Made by a program: the position numbers and the translations under genes. A DNA stretch of 64,000 nucleotides from Candidatus Pollutiaquabacter aromativorans (GTDB taxonomy: Bacteria; Bacteroidota; Bacteroidia; AKYH767-A; 2013-40CM-41-45), in contig CP185379.1 in NCBI GenBank assembly GCA_049177215.1, forward strand, positions 352,957-416,956, given 5' to 3'. Positions within the stretch are counted from its first letter, which is position 1. Every line of letters begins with the position of its first letter. The notes below the pieces were generated by a model. That model saw only the letters and a program-made list of their open reading frames with translations, was not told where the DNA came from and ran no database searches. Positions 28,092 through 39,820 of the stretch are shown one piece after another.

Positions 28092-31000
28092 ATGAAAACA
28101 AGCACTACACGATGGGTAAAGGGGTGGCTGGTAGCCGCACTTTTACTGCTGGGCTGGTCGGGCAAGGTTTCGGCGGAACGCATCACGACGATGACGCTGG
28201 AAAATTGTACACAGACTGCGCCAAACACATTTTACATGGATGCTTACATCCAAAACACAGGTACAATCGACCTGTTATTCCGAAGCACGAATATTCGCTT
28301 CCTGGTTAACAAGTCGGTTATTCCTGCCGGGGCAACGTTAACAGTATCGTTGCAGACTGCCGGACTGATTGATCCAGCACTGGGGTCGCTGCCAATTTCA
28401 TTGACCCCAACTGGTGCTCAAGCTTCTGGTACAGGAACATTTCTTGTAGCCTTAAGTTCAACTTCCACGTTCTTCACTGGAGCTAGTGCGCCTAATATGG
28501 CCCAAAATGCAAAGTGGCGTTTTGGTCGAGTGTTTTTTACCTGCTCTCAGAATTATGCGGTGAATGCAATCCCCACCATTACATGGGGGTCAAATGCCCA
28601 GAACGTAACGTACTATCTGACAAATTCACCTACATCAGGTAACGCAACTTTGGGAATTAGTGCTGTTGCACCAAATGATCGCAATGTTCTAGGTTCAATA
28701 TGTTCCCTCACGCTGAACGCTCCTTCGTGTACCCTTGCCGCCGCGATTCCTGTTGAGAACGTAACCAACGCCAACTGCCAGGGCTCTGCTACTGGTTCGG
28801 CTACGGTGAACGTTTCGGGTGGCACTGCCCCCTTCACCTATTCCTGGGCTCCCTCCGGTGGCACGCTTGCTACTGCAACGGGACTGACTGCCGGTACCTA
28901 TACGGTAACCGTTACCTCTGATGGTGGAACTTGTACCGCTTCCGCTACCGCTACGGTTGGCGATGGACCGGCTCCTTCGTACAACACTTCTACGGTTTCG
29001 GCTTGCGTCAGTTATACCTGGCCGGTAAACAGCCAGAACTATACCGGTTCCGGTTCTTACACGGCTCAAGTTGGTCCTTGCGCGTATGAAGTATTGGATC
29101 TGACGGTTACTCCGCAGCCTCCTCCTCCTACCGGACTGGCTTGCTACGAGACGGCTTCGTTCAACACCACGACCTGTTCCTGGGACGTAACGGGCACCCA
29201 GCCGGCCATGCCGACGCTTGCTTGCTACGAAACAGCATCGTTCAACAACACGACTTGTGTTTGGGACGTAACGGGCACCCAGCCGGCTATGCCGACGCTT
29301 GCTTGTTATGAGACCGCTTCGTTCAACACCACGACCTGTTCCTGGGACGTAACGGGCACCCAGCCTGCAGCTCCGACAGGTCTTGCTTGCTACGAGACGG
29401 CTTCGTTCAATAACACGACCTGTTCCTGGGACGTAACGGGCACGCAGCCGGCACAGCCGACGCTTGCTTGTTATGAGACCGCTTCGTTCAACACCACGAC
29501 CTGTTCTTGGGACGTAACGGGCACCCAGCCTGCAGCTCCGACCGGTCTTGCTTGCTACGAGACGGCTTCGTTCAACAACACGACCTGTTCTTGGGACGTA
29601 ACGGGCACCCAGCCGGCTATGCCGACCCTGGCTTGCTACGAGACGGCTTCGTTCAACACCACGACCTGTTCCTGGGACGTAACGGGCACCCAGCCGGCTA
29701 TGCCGACGCTTGCTTGCTACGAGACGGCTTCGTTCAACAACACGACCTGTTCCTGGGACGTAACGGGCACCCAGCCGGCACAGCCGACGCTTGCTTGCTA
29801 CGAGACGGCTTCGTTCAACGGTACCACCTGTCAGTGGGACGTAACGGGCACGCAGCCGGCACAGCCGACGCTTGCTTGCTATGAGACGGCTTCGTTCAAC
29901 ACCACGACCTGTTCCTGGGACGTAACGGGCACGCAGCCGGCACAACCGACGCTTGCTTGCTATGAGACGGCTTCGTTCAACACCACGACCTGTTCCTGGG
30001 ATGTAACGGGCACGCAGCCGGCACATGCCGACGCTTGCTTGTTATGAGACGGCTTCGTTCAACACCACGACCTGTTCCTGGGACGTAACGGGCACGCAGC
30101 CGGCACAGCCGACGCTTGCTTGTTATGAGACGGCTTCGTTCAACACCACGACCTGTTCCTGGGACGTAACGGGCACGCAGCCGGCACAGCCGACGCTTGC
30201 TTGTTATGAGACCGCTACCTTCAACGGTACCACCTGTCAGTGGGACGTAACGGGCACCCAGCCGGCAGCTCCGACGGGTCTGGCTTGCTATGAGACGGCT
30301 TCGTTCAACGGTACCACCTGTCAGTGGGACGTAACAGGCACGCAGCCGGCACAACCGACGCTTGCTTGTTATGAGACCGCTACCTTCAACGGTACCACCT
30401 GTCAGTGGGACGTAACGGGCACGCAGCCGGCACAGCCGACGCTTGCTTGCTACGAGACCGCTACCTTCAACAACACGACCTGTTCCTGGGACGTAACGGG
30501 CACGCAGCCGGCACAGCCGACGCTTGCTTGCTACGAGACGGCTTCGTTCAACACCACGACCTGTTCCTGGGACGTAACGGGCACGCAGCCGGCACAGCCG
30601 ACGCTTGCTTGCTACGAGACGGCTTCGTTCAACACCACGACCTGTTCCTGGGACGTAACGGGCACCCAGCCGGCCATGCCGACGCTTGCTTGCTACGAGA
30701 CGGCTTCGTTCAACACCACGACCTGTTCCTGGGACGTAACGGGCACGCAGCCGGCACAGCCGACGCTTGCTTGCTATGAGACGGCTTCGTTCAACACCAC
30801 GACCTGTTCCTGGGACGTAACGGGCACGCAGCCGGCACAGCCGACGCTTGCTTGTTATGAGACCGCTACCGTTCAACGGTACGACCTGTCAGTGGGACGT
30901 AACGGGCACCCAGCCTGCAGCTCCGACCGGTCTTGCTTGCTACGAGACGGCTTCGTTCAACAACACGACCTGTTCCTGGGACGTAACGGGCACCCAGCCG

Positions 31001-33637
31001 GCTATGCCGACGCTTGCTTGTTATGAGACCGCTACCTTCAACGGTAGCACCTGTCAGTGGGACGTAACGGGCACGCAGCCGGCACAGCCGACACTTGCTT
31101 GCTACGAGACGGCTTCCTTCAATAACACGACCTGTTCCTGGGACGTAACGGGCACTCAGCCGGCTATGCCGACCCTTGCTTGCTACGAGACCGCTACCTT
31201 CAATGGTACCACCTGTCAGTGGGACGTAACAGGCACGCAGCCGGCACAGCCGACGCTTGCTTGCTATGAGACCGCTACCTTCAACAACACGACCTGTTCC
31301 TGGGACGTAACGGGCACGCAGCCGGCACAGCCGACGCTTGCTTGCTACGAAACGGCTTCGTTCAACACCACGACCTGTTCCTGGGACGTAACGGGCACGC
31401 AGCCGGCACAGCCGACGCTTGCTTGCTATGAGACGGCTTCGTTCAACAACACGACCTGTTCCTGGGACGTAACGGGCACGCAGCCTGCAGCACCGACCGG
31501 TCTTGCTTGCTACGAGACGGCTTCGTTCAACTCTACTACCTGTCAGTGGGACGTAACGGGCACCCAGCCGGCTATGCCGACCCTGGCTTGCTACGAGACA
31601 GCTACCTTCAACAACACGACCTGTTCCTGGGACGTAACCGGAACGCCGCTTTCGGCTTCCTGTGTTGCATCTGATGCGGTTTGCTTCGGTGGACTCGGTT
31701 CCATCACGGTTAGCGCTTCGGGTGGTACGGCTCCGTATTCCGGAACCGGTACCTTTAACCTGGTTGCAGGTACCTATAACTACACGGTTACGGACAACGG
31801 TGGTTGTACGTCTTCCTGCTCTGCAACGATCGCCGAGCCGGCCAAAGTTGAGGCTTCCTCGATCACGTCCACTCCGTCCAACTGCGGTGGCAGCACGGGA
31901 ACCGCTACGGTAGTCGCTACCGGCGGTGACGGTAACTACAGCTACCTCTGGGCTCCGGCCGGCGGCACTTCCGCTTCGGCTACGGGTCTTGCTTCTGGCA
32001 GCTACACCGTGACCATCACCGATGGTAACGGTTGCACCGGCTCTGCTACGGTAGTAGTAGGCGGCGCTGGTTCTGGTCCTGATCCTGCAGGCGCAATCGC
32101 TGGTCCTGCCGGCGCTTGCCGCAGCACCACGGTAACGTACTCGATCGCTCCGGTTTCCGGTGCTTCGTCCTACATCTGGAGTCTCCCGGTTGGCGCTTCC
32201 GGTTCTTCGACCGGCACCAGCATCACGGTGACCTTCAGCTCTACCTATGGTGGTGGCTTCATCTGCGTAACCCCGACCAACGCTTGCGGCAACGGTACTC
32301 CTGCTTGCATCAACGTTCCGGTTCTCACGGTTAAGCCGACCACTCCTGGTCTGATCTCCGGCCCGAACCCTGTTTGCGGCCCGACCACCGCTACCTACTC
32401 GGTTGCTCCGGTTTCCGGCGCTACGAACTATGTATGGTCGGTCACCGGTACCGGTGTGTCGATCGTAAGCGGTAACGGAACCAACTCCGTACAGGTTAGC
32501 ATCCCGGCCGGCTTCGGTCAGGGTTCGATCTCTGTCTATGCTCAGAACTGCAAAGGCAACAGCCCGACCCGCAACCAGACGCTGACCGGCGTACCGACGC
32601 ACTCTTCGGCGCTCTTCGGTCCGATCTACAACTGTCCGAACACTTCGGCTTCGTTCTCGATCTCCGTTGTTCCGGGTACTGCAACGTACACCTGGTCCAT
32701 CACCGGCGACGCTTCCATCGGATCCAGCAGCGCTAACAGCTGCACGGTGAACTTCGGTCCGGCCTGGACCTCGGGTGTCCTGACGGTAACCACCAGCAGC
32801 ACTTGCGGTTCCTTCTCGCGTTCCTACACGCTCCGTTCCGTACCGACCCAGCCGGGTGGTATCACGGGTCAGGCCTCTGCCCTGTGTAACGCTACGGGTG
32901 TTTCGTACTCCATCGCAGCTGTAGCCGGTGCAACCGGTTACAACTGGACGGTTCCGGCCGGTGCTACCATCACCAGCGGTCAGGGTACTACCTCGATCAT
33001 GGTCAACTTCGGCACCTCTGCTGGTAACGTTTGCGTAACCGCAAGCAACTCCTGCGGATCGAGCGTAGCTCGTTGCCTGGCCGTTATCACGGTACCGGCT
33101 GCTCCTGCAGCCATCTCTGGTCCTGCCAGCGTATGTAAGTCGCAGACGGGTACGTATTCCATCAGCCCGGTTAGCGGTGCTACCTCTTATGTATGGTCGG
33201 TCACCGGTGGTGCTTCGATCGTACCGAGCGGCACCTCGGCTACTGTGAACTACAACTCCGCACTCAGCACTTCCGCTACCGTTCGCGTCAATGCAGTGAA
33301 CGCATGTGGTCTGAGCCAGCCGCGCACCCTGGCTGTTGCTGTGAACCTCGGCTGCCGCACCAGCGGCGAAGAGATGACCGCAGCCAGCGCGCTGACCGCT
33401 TACCCGAACCCGACCAACGGTCTGGTTACGATCAACTTCAACGCAGTTGCAGCTGAGCGTTACACGGTGAAAGTGGTTGACCTGCTCGGTAATGTGGTTG
33501 TCAGCGACCAGCTCAACGCTGTCGAAGGCAACAACATGAAGGAGCTGAACCTGACCAACGTCGCCAAAGGCATGTACCTCATGTCGCTGGAGACCGAGGG
33601 TGGTAATGTTCAAACCCTGCGCCTCATCGTCGAGTAA
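28092..33637 (+). CDS. large T9SS cargo protein (~1848 aa if the frames are joined). It has an N-terminal domain related to that of 45598..46881, SprB repeats, about 31 tandem 27/28-aa Cys2 repeats, Ig-like repeats, and a C-terminal type-A sorting domain. It is read as three ORFs because of two apparent +1 frameshifts (~30030, ~30870) inside the repeat array
   Basis: ORFs 28092..30047, 30025..31026 and 30848..33637 are in successive frames, and the same repeat peptide continues across each break. Signal peptide 'WLVAALLLLGWSGKVSA'. SprB repeat 'NCQGSATGSATVNVSGGTAPFTYSWAPSGG'. The C-terminal 'LTAYPNPTNGLVTINFNA...KGMYLMSLETEGGNVQTLRLIVE' is a Por_Secre_tail-type CTD. Confidence 0.8.
29126..31640 (+). 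repeat. about 31 near-identical head-to-tail copies of an 81-bp unit (84-bp variant with an extra Gly codon) encoding 'LACYETASFN(T/N/G/S)TTC(S/Q/V)WDVTGTQPA(Q/M/A)PT(G)'
   Basis: Period measured directly: 'tgctacgag' at 29131 and again at 29212. I counted the copies by hand from the three ORF translations (11 + 10 + 1 + 9). Sequence variation is confined to about 5 codon positions and recombines combinatorially among copies. Confidence 0.95.
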
Positions 33638-33661
33638 TCGGCCTGAAGCGTATCATGAAAG

Positions 33662-33702
33662 GAAGTCCTTCCGCTACGGCGGAGGGACTTCTTTTTTTTA
33701 TT
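33662..33702 (+). terminator. intrinsic terminator after the repeat-protein gene
   Basis: Stem 'gaagtccttccgc' / 'ggcggagggacttc' with one bulge. It is followed by a T8 tract 'ttttttttatt'. Confidence 0.7.
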
Positions 33703-33839
33703 CCATAGGAATCAAGTCTAGTGTCCGATTTTATCAGGAATCGATAGAAAAGCTTGCACAGGCGACGATTTTTTTCTATATTGAAAGCTCTACGGAAACC
33801 GTTACTGCGGCGGTTTTCCGCTAATTCACCTACTCCCAC

Positions 33840-36800
33840 ATGTCACGCCTACCCTCCGGAAAGTCTGGTTCGTATTGCTTTGTGCGAACCCTGATTATTT
33901 TGTCTGTATATAGTGTTTTCTTTTTCGCGATCCGGGTGAATGCCCAGACCGCAAGCCAGTATACCTTTTCGACAGCAACCGGTGCTTCACTCACCACCAT
34001 GACGGGTTCCACCCTGATCATGGGTAGTAACCTGGACGATAGCGCCAGTACGACCATCAACATAGGATTCTCTTTTACGTTCGCCGGTACAGCCTATACG
34101 CAATTCTCCGTGAACTCGAACGGGCTAATGCGACTGGGTAGCACTGCTGTTACGAATGCCTGGCAGAATGGAATCACCACAGGGCCATTCCCCGCTTTAA
34201 TGCCCTTGTGGGATGACGGACATACCGGATCCAACGGTGGTGTTCGTTACCTGTTGACCGGTACAGCACCAAACCGGCAGCTCACGGTGGAGTGGACCAT
34301 TCGCAGTTATTCCGGAGAAACCGGCAATTACACCAAGACCTTCCAGGCCTGGCTGTTCGAGACTTCCAATGTGGTACAATACGTTTACGGCACCGGCACG
34401 GCTGCAACCAGCGCCAGTATCGGTATTGCAAGCAGCTCAACGGCCTATCAAAGTGTCAGCACGTCTACCAATACGGCTTCTACCACCACCCCGAACAACA
34501 GTGTAACCACCTGGGCAGGCAGCGGCAGAACGTATGTGTTCACGCCCCCCGTCATTCAGAATTGCAGTGGGACGCCTGCTGCAGGAACTGTCAGCGGGAC
34601 GAATGTGCTTTGTTCCGGTTTGACAACGATCCTGACTGCTAGCGGAGCTACGCCCACTTCCTTCGGTGGCATTTCTTATCAGTGGCAGGAGTCCGATGAT
34701 AACGGTGTAGGTGATCCCTGGGCAAGTGTTGTAGGAGGAAGCGGAGGCACGACGCTCGTCTATACCACACCGGCTTTGACGACCAGTCGATATTATCGAC
34801 TGCTTGTCAGTTGCTCGTTCAGTGGTTTGTCGGCAAGTACAACGGAGTACCTCGTAACCGTCAATCCGCGTCCTACCGTGACGGTATCGCCAACCACCTC
34901 GACGCTTTGCGCGGGGAATAGTGTTGTTCTGACGGCTTCCGGAGCAGATACCTATGCCTGGTCGCCTTCCACGGGTTTGAACGCGACGACCGGGGCTTCG
35001 GTGACCGCGACTCCAACTGTCAGTACTACCTACACGGTCACCGGTACCACGACCTCAAGCGGTTGTACCGCCACGGCAACATCGGCTATCAATACAACAG
35101 TCGGAATCAATGCAAGCGCTGGCGCCAATCCGGTGAATATATGCCCCGGTGGCGCCACCACGCTGAATGCTGTGGCCAACACCAGTACCTCCGGCTACAC
35201 ACTGGCTTCCATTCCGTACCAGTTATACCCGACAACCGGATTTACCACCATCACCTCCTGGACCGGGACCGCTGACGATGGATCAGCGGCAGTGACCTTA
35301 CCGTTTAATTGGTTCTTCTACGGAAACTCCTATACCAGTGCATTCATTGGTACCAACGGATATCTGATCTTCGGAACAACGTCAACAGCCTATCAGGCGG
35401 TTGCCATCCCTGCCACGGCGGCACCGAACAATTACATAGCACTCTGTTGGACCGATTTGAATCCGGGATCAGGAGGAACCATATCGTATGGAACGGTTGG
35501 TACGGCGCCGAACAGGGTGTTCGTGGTTGACTATAGCGGCGTACTTTTTTACAATGCCAGTGGAAGTATCGCGACCGGTCAGATCTGCCTGTTCGAAGAC
35601 GGCCATATTGAAATTCATGCTACCACCCTTGACCGGGGAACTTCTACCGCAGCCGCTGTCATGGGCATCGAGAATTCCGGAGGAACCGCCGGAACGGCCG
35701 TGACCGGCAGAAATGGCGGAACCTGGTCAGTGACGGCGCCGGAAGCCTGGTCATTTACGCCAGCCTATCCGGCATTCACGTATAGCTGGAGCCCCGCGAC
35801 CGGACTGAGTAACCCGAATATTGCCAACCCGGGTGTTACGGGTGTTGTAACGACTTCTTCTTATACAGTGACCGTCAGTGGAGGTGGAGGTTGTGCCGCT
35901 ACGGCCACGGCAACGATCATTACCGGTCAACCCTTTTCCGTTAGCGCGGCATCTTCCGCGAACAATTTCTGTTTTGGTGGTACGACGAACCTGACCGCCA
36001 ATGCGACCGGAGGTGGTGTCCCATATTCGTACTCCTGGTCAACGGGTGGCACAACCATCGGAACCACCGGAGCTTTAACGGTTGCACCGCCAGCCGGCAC
36101 AACAACCTACACAGTATCAGCATCCGATAATTGCGGCAATACCTCCAGCGCTACGGTGTCGGTTACGGTCATTGCTCCGCCTAACGTTGGTGCGACGGCA
36201 TCTTCCTCGCTCGTCTGCGGCAGCGGATCTGTGACCTTGAACGCAACGGGTGCCAATGGTTATTCCTGGGTGCCGGCGGATGAACTGAGTGTTCCCTTTG
36301 GCGCGACAGTAACCGCTTCGCCTTCCGTATCTACTTTGTATACGGTAACCGGAACGGATGCAGCCGGTTGTACTGCTACCGCTACGGTTCAATTGACCGT
36401 AGTTCCGGGTGTGACCCTGCAGGCTACCGCGACTCCTTCCAACCTATGTACTGGAACGAGTTCACAACTCAATGCGAACGCGACCCAGGAGGCGCCCTAT
36501 TCACTCGCTCAGGTTGCGTATCTGCCCTTATCGACCGCAGGATTTCAAACCATTACCTCCTGGACCTCGGCGGGTACCGGAAACGACGATTATTTCGGCC
36601 CGGTCGCGCTTCCGTTCAGCTTTAATTTCTTCGGGCAGAACAAGTCTCAGTTGTATATCGGATCGAACGGATTCATCACCTTCGGTACTCCCTCCACCGA
36701 TCCTTTTTCCCAATTGTTCCCGGATCCTGCACACCCGAATGATGTGGTGGCCTTGTGTTGGGGTGACCTCGACCCGGGCGCCGGTGGTACGGTGAAATAT

Positions 36801-39692
36801 GGTGTCGTAGGTACCGCTCCGAACCGGATCTTCGTTGTTGATCTGCAGTCGGTCCCGTTCTTTGGAATCGCTTCCGGCAGTAATGTGACCGGTCAGATTC
36901 ATCTATATGAAACCTCAGGCAGGATCGAACTTCATCTTGCGAGCGTACAGCATAACGGTTCAGGTGCCTTGAACGGCATGGGTATCGAAAATGCAAGCGG
37001 TACGCGGGCACATTATCCCTTGGGTCGTAATGGGGGTTTGATCACCTGGAACGTGATCAGTCCGGAAGCATGGCGATTCGACCGTTTGCCTTTCAGCTTG
37101 AATTATTCCTGGACGCCTGCATCCGGCCTGAATAGCAGCTCAATCGCCAATCCGGTTGCCGGTCCGCTCGCAGGTTCTGCGACCTATACGGTAACAGCCA
37201 CCGATAATTTCGGATGTACGGCGACCGCCAGTCTCAGCCTGTCGGTTGGTCAACCCTTGAACGTTCAGGCCGGCGCAACAGCAACCATACTCTGTCTGGG
37301 TAGCAATACCACGCTTCAGGCGATCATCAGCGGGGGAGGGGAGCCATATGGTATTACGTGGAAACAAGGCGTGACCACCATTGGCAATACCGCGGACCTG
37401 GTCGTTACACCTCCGTTGGGCACGACAATTTATACGGTTAGCGTTTCGGATGCATGTGGTGGAACCGGTAGTTCAACGGTTCAGGTGACCGTTCTCAACT
37501 CGCCCTCGGTATCCGTCACCAGCAGTGGAAGTCTGATTTGTGGATCCGGATCCGTTACGATGACCGCTTCCGGGGCCACCAGCTATGTGTGGAGTCCGTC
37601 CATTGGACTGAGTGCGACGACCGGCACAACCGTTATAGCTTCCCCGAATGGAACCACCACCTATACGGTAACCGGATCGATTTCCGGTTGTTCGGCAACT
37701 GCCACCCGTACGATCACGGTGGCGCCGGCTGTACAGCAGTTGGATCTTTCGGCCGATCAGATCAGCGGTTGTAGTCCGTTGACCACCAGCTTGCATGCTC
37801 AGGCCTGTTTCAGCGCGCTCACGAATTATAAGGTGGATTCCTCTTCGGCGGATTATGCTCCAACCAGTTCCGGCTTCGTTACGTTCAATGGTCGTGATGA
37901 CGGTTCCGTCGTGATCGCGCTTCCGTTTCCGTTCCGGTTCTTTGGTAATACCTATTCTTCGGCATACATCAGCACCAACGGATATCTCGGCTTTGGCAGT
38001 AGCTCCTCTGCGTACACCACCGCCACCATGCCTGCTTCGGGAGTGCCGAACAATTTCATTGCCCTCGTATGGAATGACATGATTCATTCGACCGTGAATT
38101 CTGGCGTGGATACCTTTACCGTTGGGTCGCCTGGTGCAAGGGCATTTGTTGTCCGCTTCAATGCCGGGGCCGTTTCTTTTTTTGACGGGACTACGTCATA
38201 CGGTTCGTTCGGCGGCAAGATCATCCTTCATGAAAGTTCCAATGCCATCGAGCTTCGGATCGACGCGATGAATATGGGAGCCTTGGCTACCCGGAATAAA
38301 GTCCTGGGTATCGAGAATTCGACGGGACTGCTCGCCTTTTCCGTTCCCGGAAAGAACAATACCAACTGGGTGCAATCCACTCCGATCACTTATTCCTTCA
38401 CACCCAGTTTGCAGTGTTCCGGTACGTCCGCGTTTATGTATGCCTGGAGTCCTTCAACGGGATTGAATGATCCCGCATCCGCCAACCCTGTATTGACTAA
38501 TCTGCTGTCGGGAACAACCTATACGGTTACGGCTACATCAAGCGACGGTTGCAGTCGGACTTCGACACTCAGCATCCAGGTCTACAATAACCCTCCTGTC
38601 CCCACGGTTACAACCACGGGTTCCACGGATCTCTGCTGGGATGGGGTCAATCCGTTGTCATCGGTCTTATTGACCGCAGATACAACCGGTAGTGGGCCGG
38701 GTGCATCGTTCATGTGGAATGATGTTTATGGAACGTCTTCCACCAGTTTGAATGTCACACCGGATGTGGTCATTCCTTCTCCCTATGGTTTCCAGGCAAT
38801 AGTTACTGACTTCAGAGGGTGTTCGTCAACCTCAACACCGGTCAGCGTCTCTACGGCCTTGTATCCGACGATCGCCTCGCTGAATCCGAGTTCGGGTTGT
38901 CCGGGAGATTCCATCGATGTGGCGGGCACTAATTTTTCGACAGTCGTCTCGGTGGATTTCTTCGGTGTGCCAGCAGGCTTCAGGATCGTGAATGCAAACC
39001 TCCTTCGGATCGAAGTTCCACCCGGCGCGCTGAGTGGTTCCATTAACCTTGCTACCAGCACCGGTTGTTCCGAATCGTCTTCCATGTCGTTTACTGTGAA
39101 TACCTGCGGCGGTTCGCTCCTGGACATGACCTTGCTGATCCAGGGTTATTATGACGGCGCGGGCGGTATGACCGGTACCTTGTACAATTCGGGAATTTCG
39201 TTCGATCCTACCGATTGTGAATTCCTGCATGTCTGCTTGATGGATGCCGGAACGCTGACGGAGACCGACTGTTTCGATGAAGTCCTGAAAACGAACGGCA
39301 GCCTGCAGATTTCGATTCCTGGCGGGTATGTGGGCTCTTCCTTCTACCTCAAGATCACGGGCCGAAACATTCTGGAAACCTGGACGACCGCCCCGGTTCA
39401 GATCGTCAGTCCGTTCACTGTACTTGATCTGACAACTGCAGCCAACACCGTCTTCGGTGACAACCAGGTTCAGGTTTCAACTGCACCGGCCCGTTGGGCA
39501 ATCTGGAGTGGCGATTTGAATCAGGACGACTTGATTGAGGCGACTGATTATAGTACCATGGAAAACGATGTGCAACAATTCCTATTCGGCTATGTGCCAT
39601 CTGACATTACCGGTGATGGAATCGTTGAGGCCTCGGATTATGCGCTAGTAGAGAACAACAGTTTGTTGTTCCTATTCTCAATAACCCCCTGA
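33840..39692 (+). CDS. giant secreted multi-repeat surface protein (1950 aa), paralog B, with the same module grammar and the same C-terminal module (a more diverged variant)
   Basis: Signal peptide 'LIILSVYSVFFFAIRVNAQ'. The N-terminal recurring module is 'FSFTFAGTAYTQFSVNSNGLMRLG...GTAPNRQLTVEWTI...QAWLFETSNVVQYVY'. SprB-like 'FCFGGTTNLTANATGGGVPYSYSWSTGG'. It ends 'WAIWSGDLNQDDLIEATDYSTMENDVQQFLFGYVPSDITGDGIVEASDYALVENNSLLFLFSITP'. Confidence 0.85.
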   Translation: MSRLPSGKSGSYCFVRTLIILSVYSVFFFAIRVNAQTASQYTFSTATGASLTTMTGSTLIMGSNLDDSASTTINIGFSFTFAGTAYTQFSVNSNGLMRLGSTAVTNAWQNGITTGPFPALMPLWDDGHTGSNGGVRYLLTGTAPNRQLTVEWTIRSYSGETGNYTKTFQAWLFETSNVVQYVYGTGTAATSASIGIASSSTAYQSVSTSTNTASTTTPNNSVTTWAGSGRTYVFTPPVIQNCSGTPAAGTVSGTNVLCSGLTTILTASGATPTSFGGISYQWQESDDNGVGDPWASVVGGSGGTTLVYTTPALTTSRYYRLLVSCSFSGLSASTTEYLVTVNPRPTVTVSPTTSTLCAGNSVVLTASGADTYAWSPSTGLNATTGASVTATPTVSTTYTVTGTTTSSGCTATATSAINTTVGINASAGANPVNICPGGATTLNAVANTSTSGYTLASIPYQLYPTTGFTTITSWTGTADDGSAAVTLPFNWFFYGNSYTSAFIGTNGYLIFGTTSTAYQAVAIPATAAPNNYIALCWTDLNPGSGGTISYGTVGTAPNRVFVVDYSGVLFYNASGSIATGQICLFEDGHIEIHATTLDRGTSTAAAVMGIENSGGTAGTAVTGRNGGTWSVTAPEAWSFTPAYPAFTYSWSPATGLSNPNIANPGVTGVVTTSSYTVTVSGGGGCAATATATIITGQPFSVSAASSANNFCFGGTTNLTANATGGGVPYSYSWSTGGTTIGTTGALTVAPPAGTTTYTVSASDNCGNTSSATVSVTVIAPPNVGATASSSLVCGSGSVTLNATGANGYSWVPADELSVPFGATVTASPSVSTLYTVTGTDAAGCTATATVQLTVVPGVTLQATATPSNLCTGTSSQLNANATQEAPYSLAQVAYLPLSTAGFQTITSWTSAGTGNDDYFGPVALPFSFNFFGQNKSQLYIGSNGFITFGTPSTDPFSQLFPDPAHPNDVVALCWGDLDPGAGGTVKYGVVGTAPNRIFVVDLQSVPFFGIASGSNVTGQIHLYETSGRIELHLASVQHNGSGALNGMGIENASGTRAHYPLGRNGGLITWNVISPEAWRFDRLPFSLNYSWTPASGLNSSSIANPVAGPLAGSATYTVTATDNFGCTATASLSLSVGQPLNVQAGATATILCLGSNTTLQAIISGGGEPYGITWKQGVTTIGNTADLVVTPPLGTTIYTVSVSDACGGTGSSTVQVTVLNSPSVSVTSSGSLICGSGSVTMTASGATSYVWSPSIGLSATTGTTVIASPNGTTTYTVTGSISGCSATATRTITVAPAVQQLDLSADQISGCSPLTTSLHAQACFSALTNYKVDSSSADYAPTSSGFVTFNGRDDGSVVIALPFPFRFFGNTYSSAYISTNGYLGFGSSSSAYTTATMPASGVPNNFIALVWNDMIHSTVNSGVDTFTVGSPGARAFVVRFNAGAVSFFDGTTSYGSFGGKIILHESSNAIELRIDAMNMGALATRNKVLGIENSTGLLAFSVPGKNNTNWVQSTPITYSFTPSLQCSGTSAFMYAWSPSTGLNDPASANPVLTNLLSGTTYTVTATSSDGCSRTSTLSIQVYNNPPVPTVTTTGSTDLCWDGVNPLSSVLLTADTTGSGPGASFMWNDVYGTSSTSLNVTPDVVIPSPYGFQAIVTDFRGCSSTSTPVSVSTALYPTIASLNPSSGCPGDSIDVAGTNFSTVVSVDFFGVPAGFRIVNANLLRIEVPPGALSGSINLATSTGCSESSSMSFTVNTCGGSLLDMTLLIQGYYDGAGGMTGTLYNSGISFDPTDCEFLHVCLMDAGTLTETDCFDEVLKTNGSLQISIPGGYVGSSFYLKITGRNILETWTTAPVQIVSPFTVLDLTTAANTVFGDNQVQVSTAPARWAIWSGDLNQDDLIEATDYSTMENDVQQFLFGYVPSDITGDGIVEASDYALVENNSLLFLFSITP

Positions 39693-39820
39693 TTAGATTT
39701 GAAAGGTCGTAATGGTCGGCCGGAGGTTTACCAAGTAAATTGTCGCGTTTGCATAAAAACCGGACTTGGGCATGGTTTTTCTTCTGAAATCAACGATATT
39801 TAGGAGAAACGCCCCCTCGA

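Noticed and set aside
29126-31640. Possible CRISPR array, given the regular ~81-bp periodicity
   Set aside because: The units are contiguous with no unique spacers, are in frame within a coding sequence, and encode a conserved peptide. No cas genes were seen.
28695-33613. Long minus-strand ORFs (443, 299 and 915 aa) full of 'RLRARYVPGTGRGVERSRLVASKRRLC' repeats
   Set aside because: They are antisense translations of the GC-rich 81-bp tandem array and the downstream repeats. The low-complexity Arg-rich content mirrors the sense-strand repeat. They have no start context or signal and overlap a well-supported plus-strand gene.
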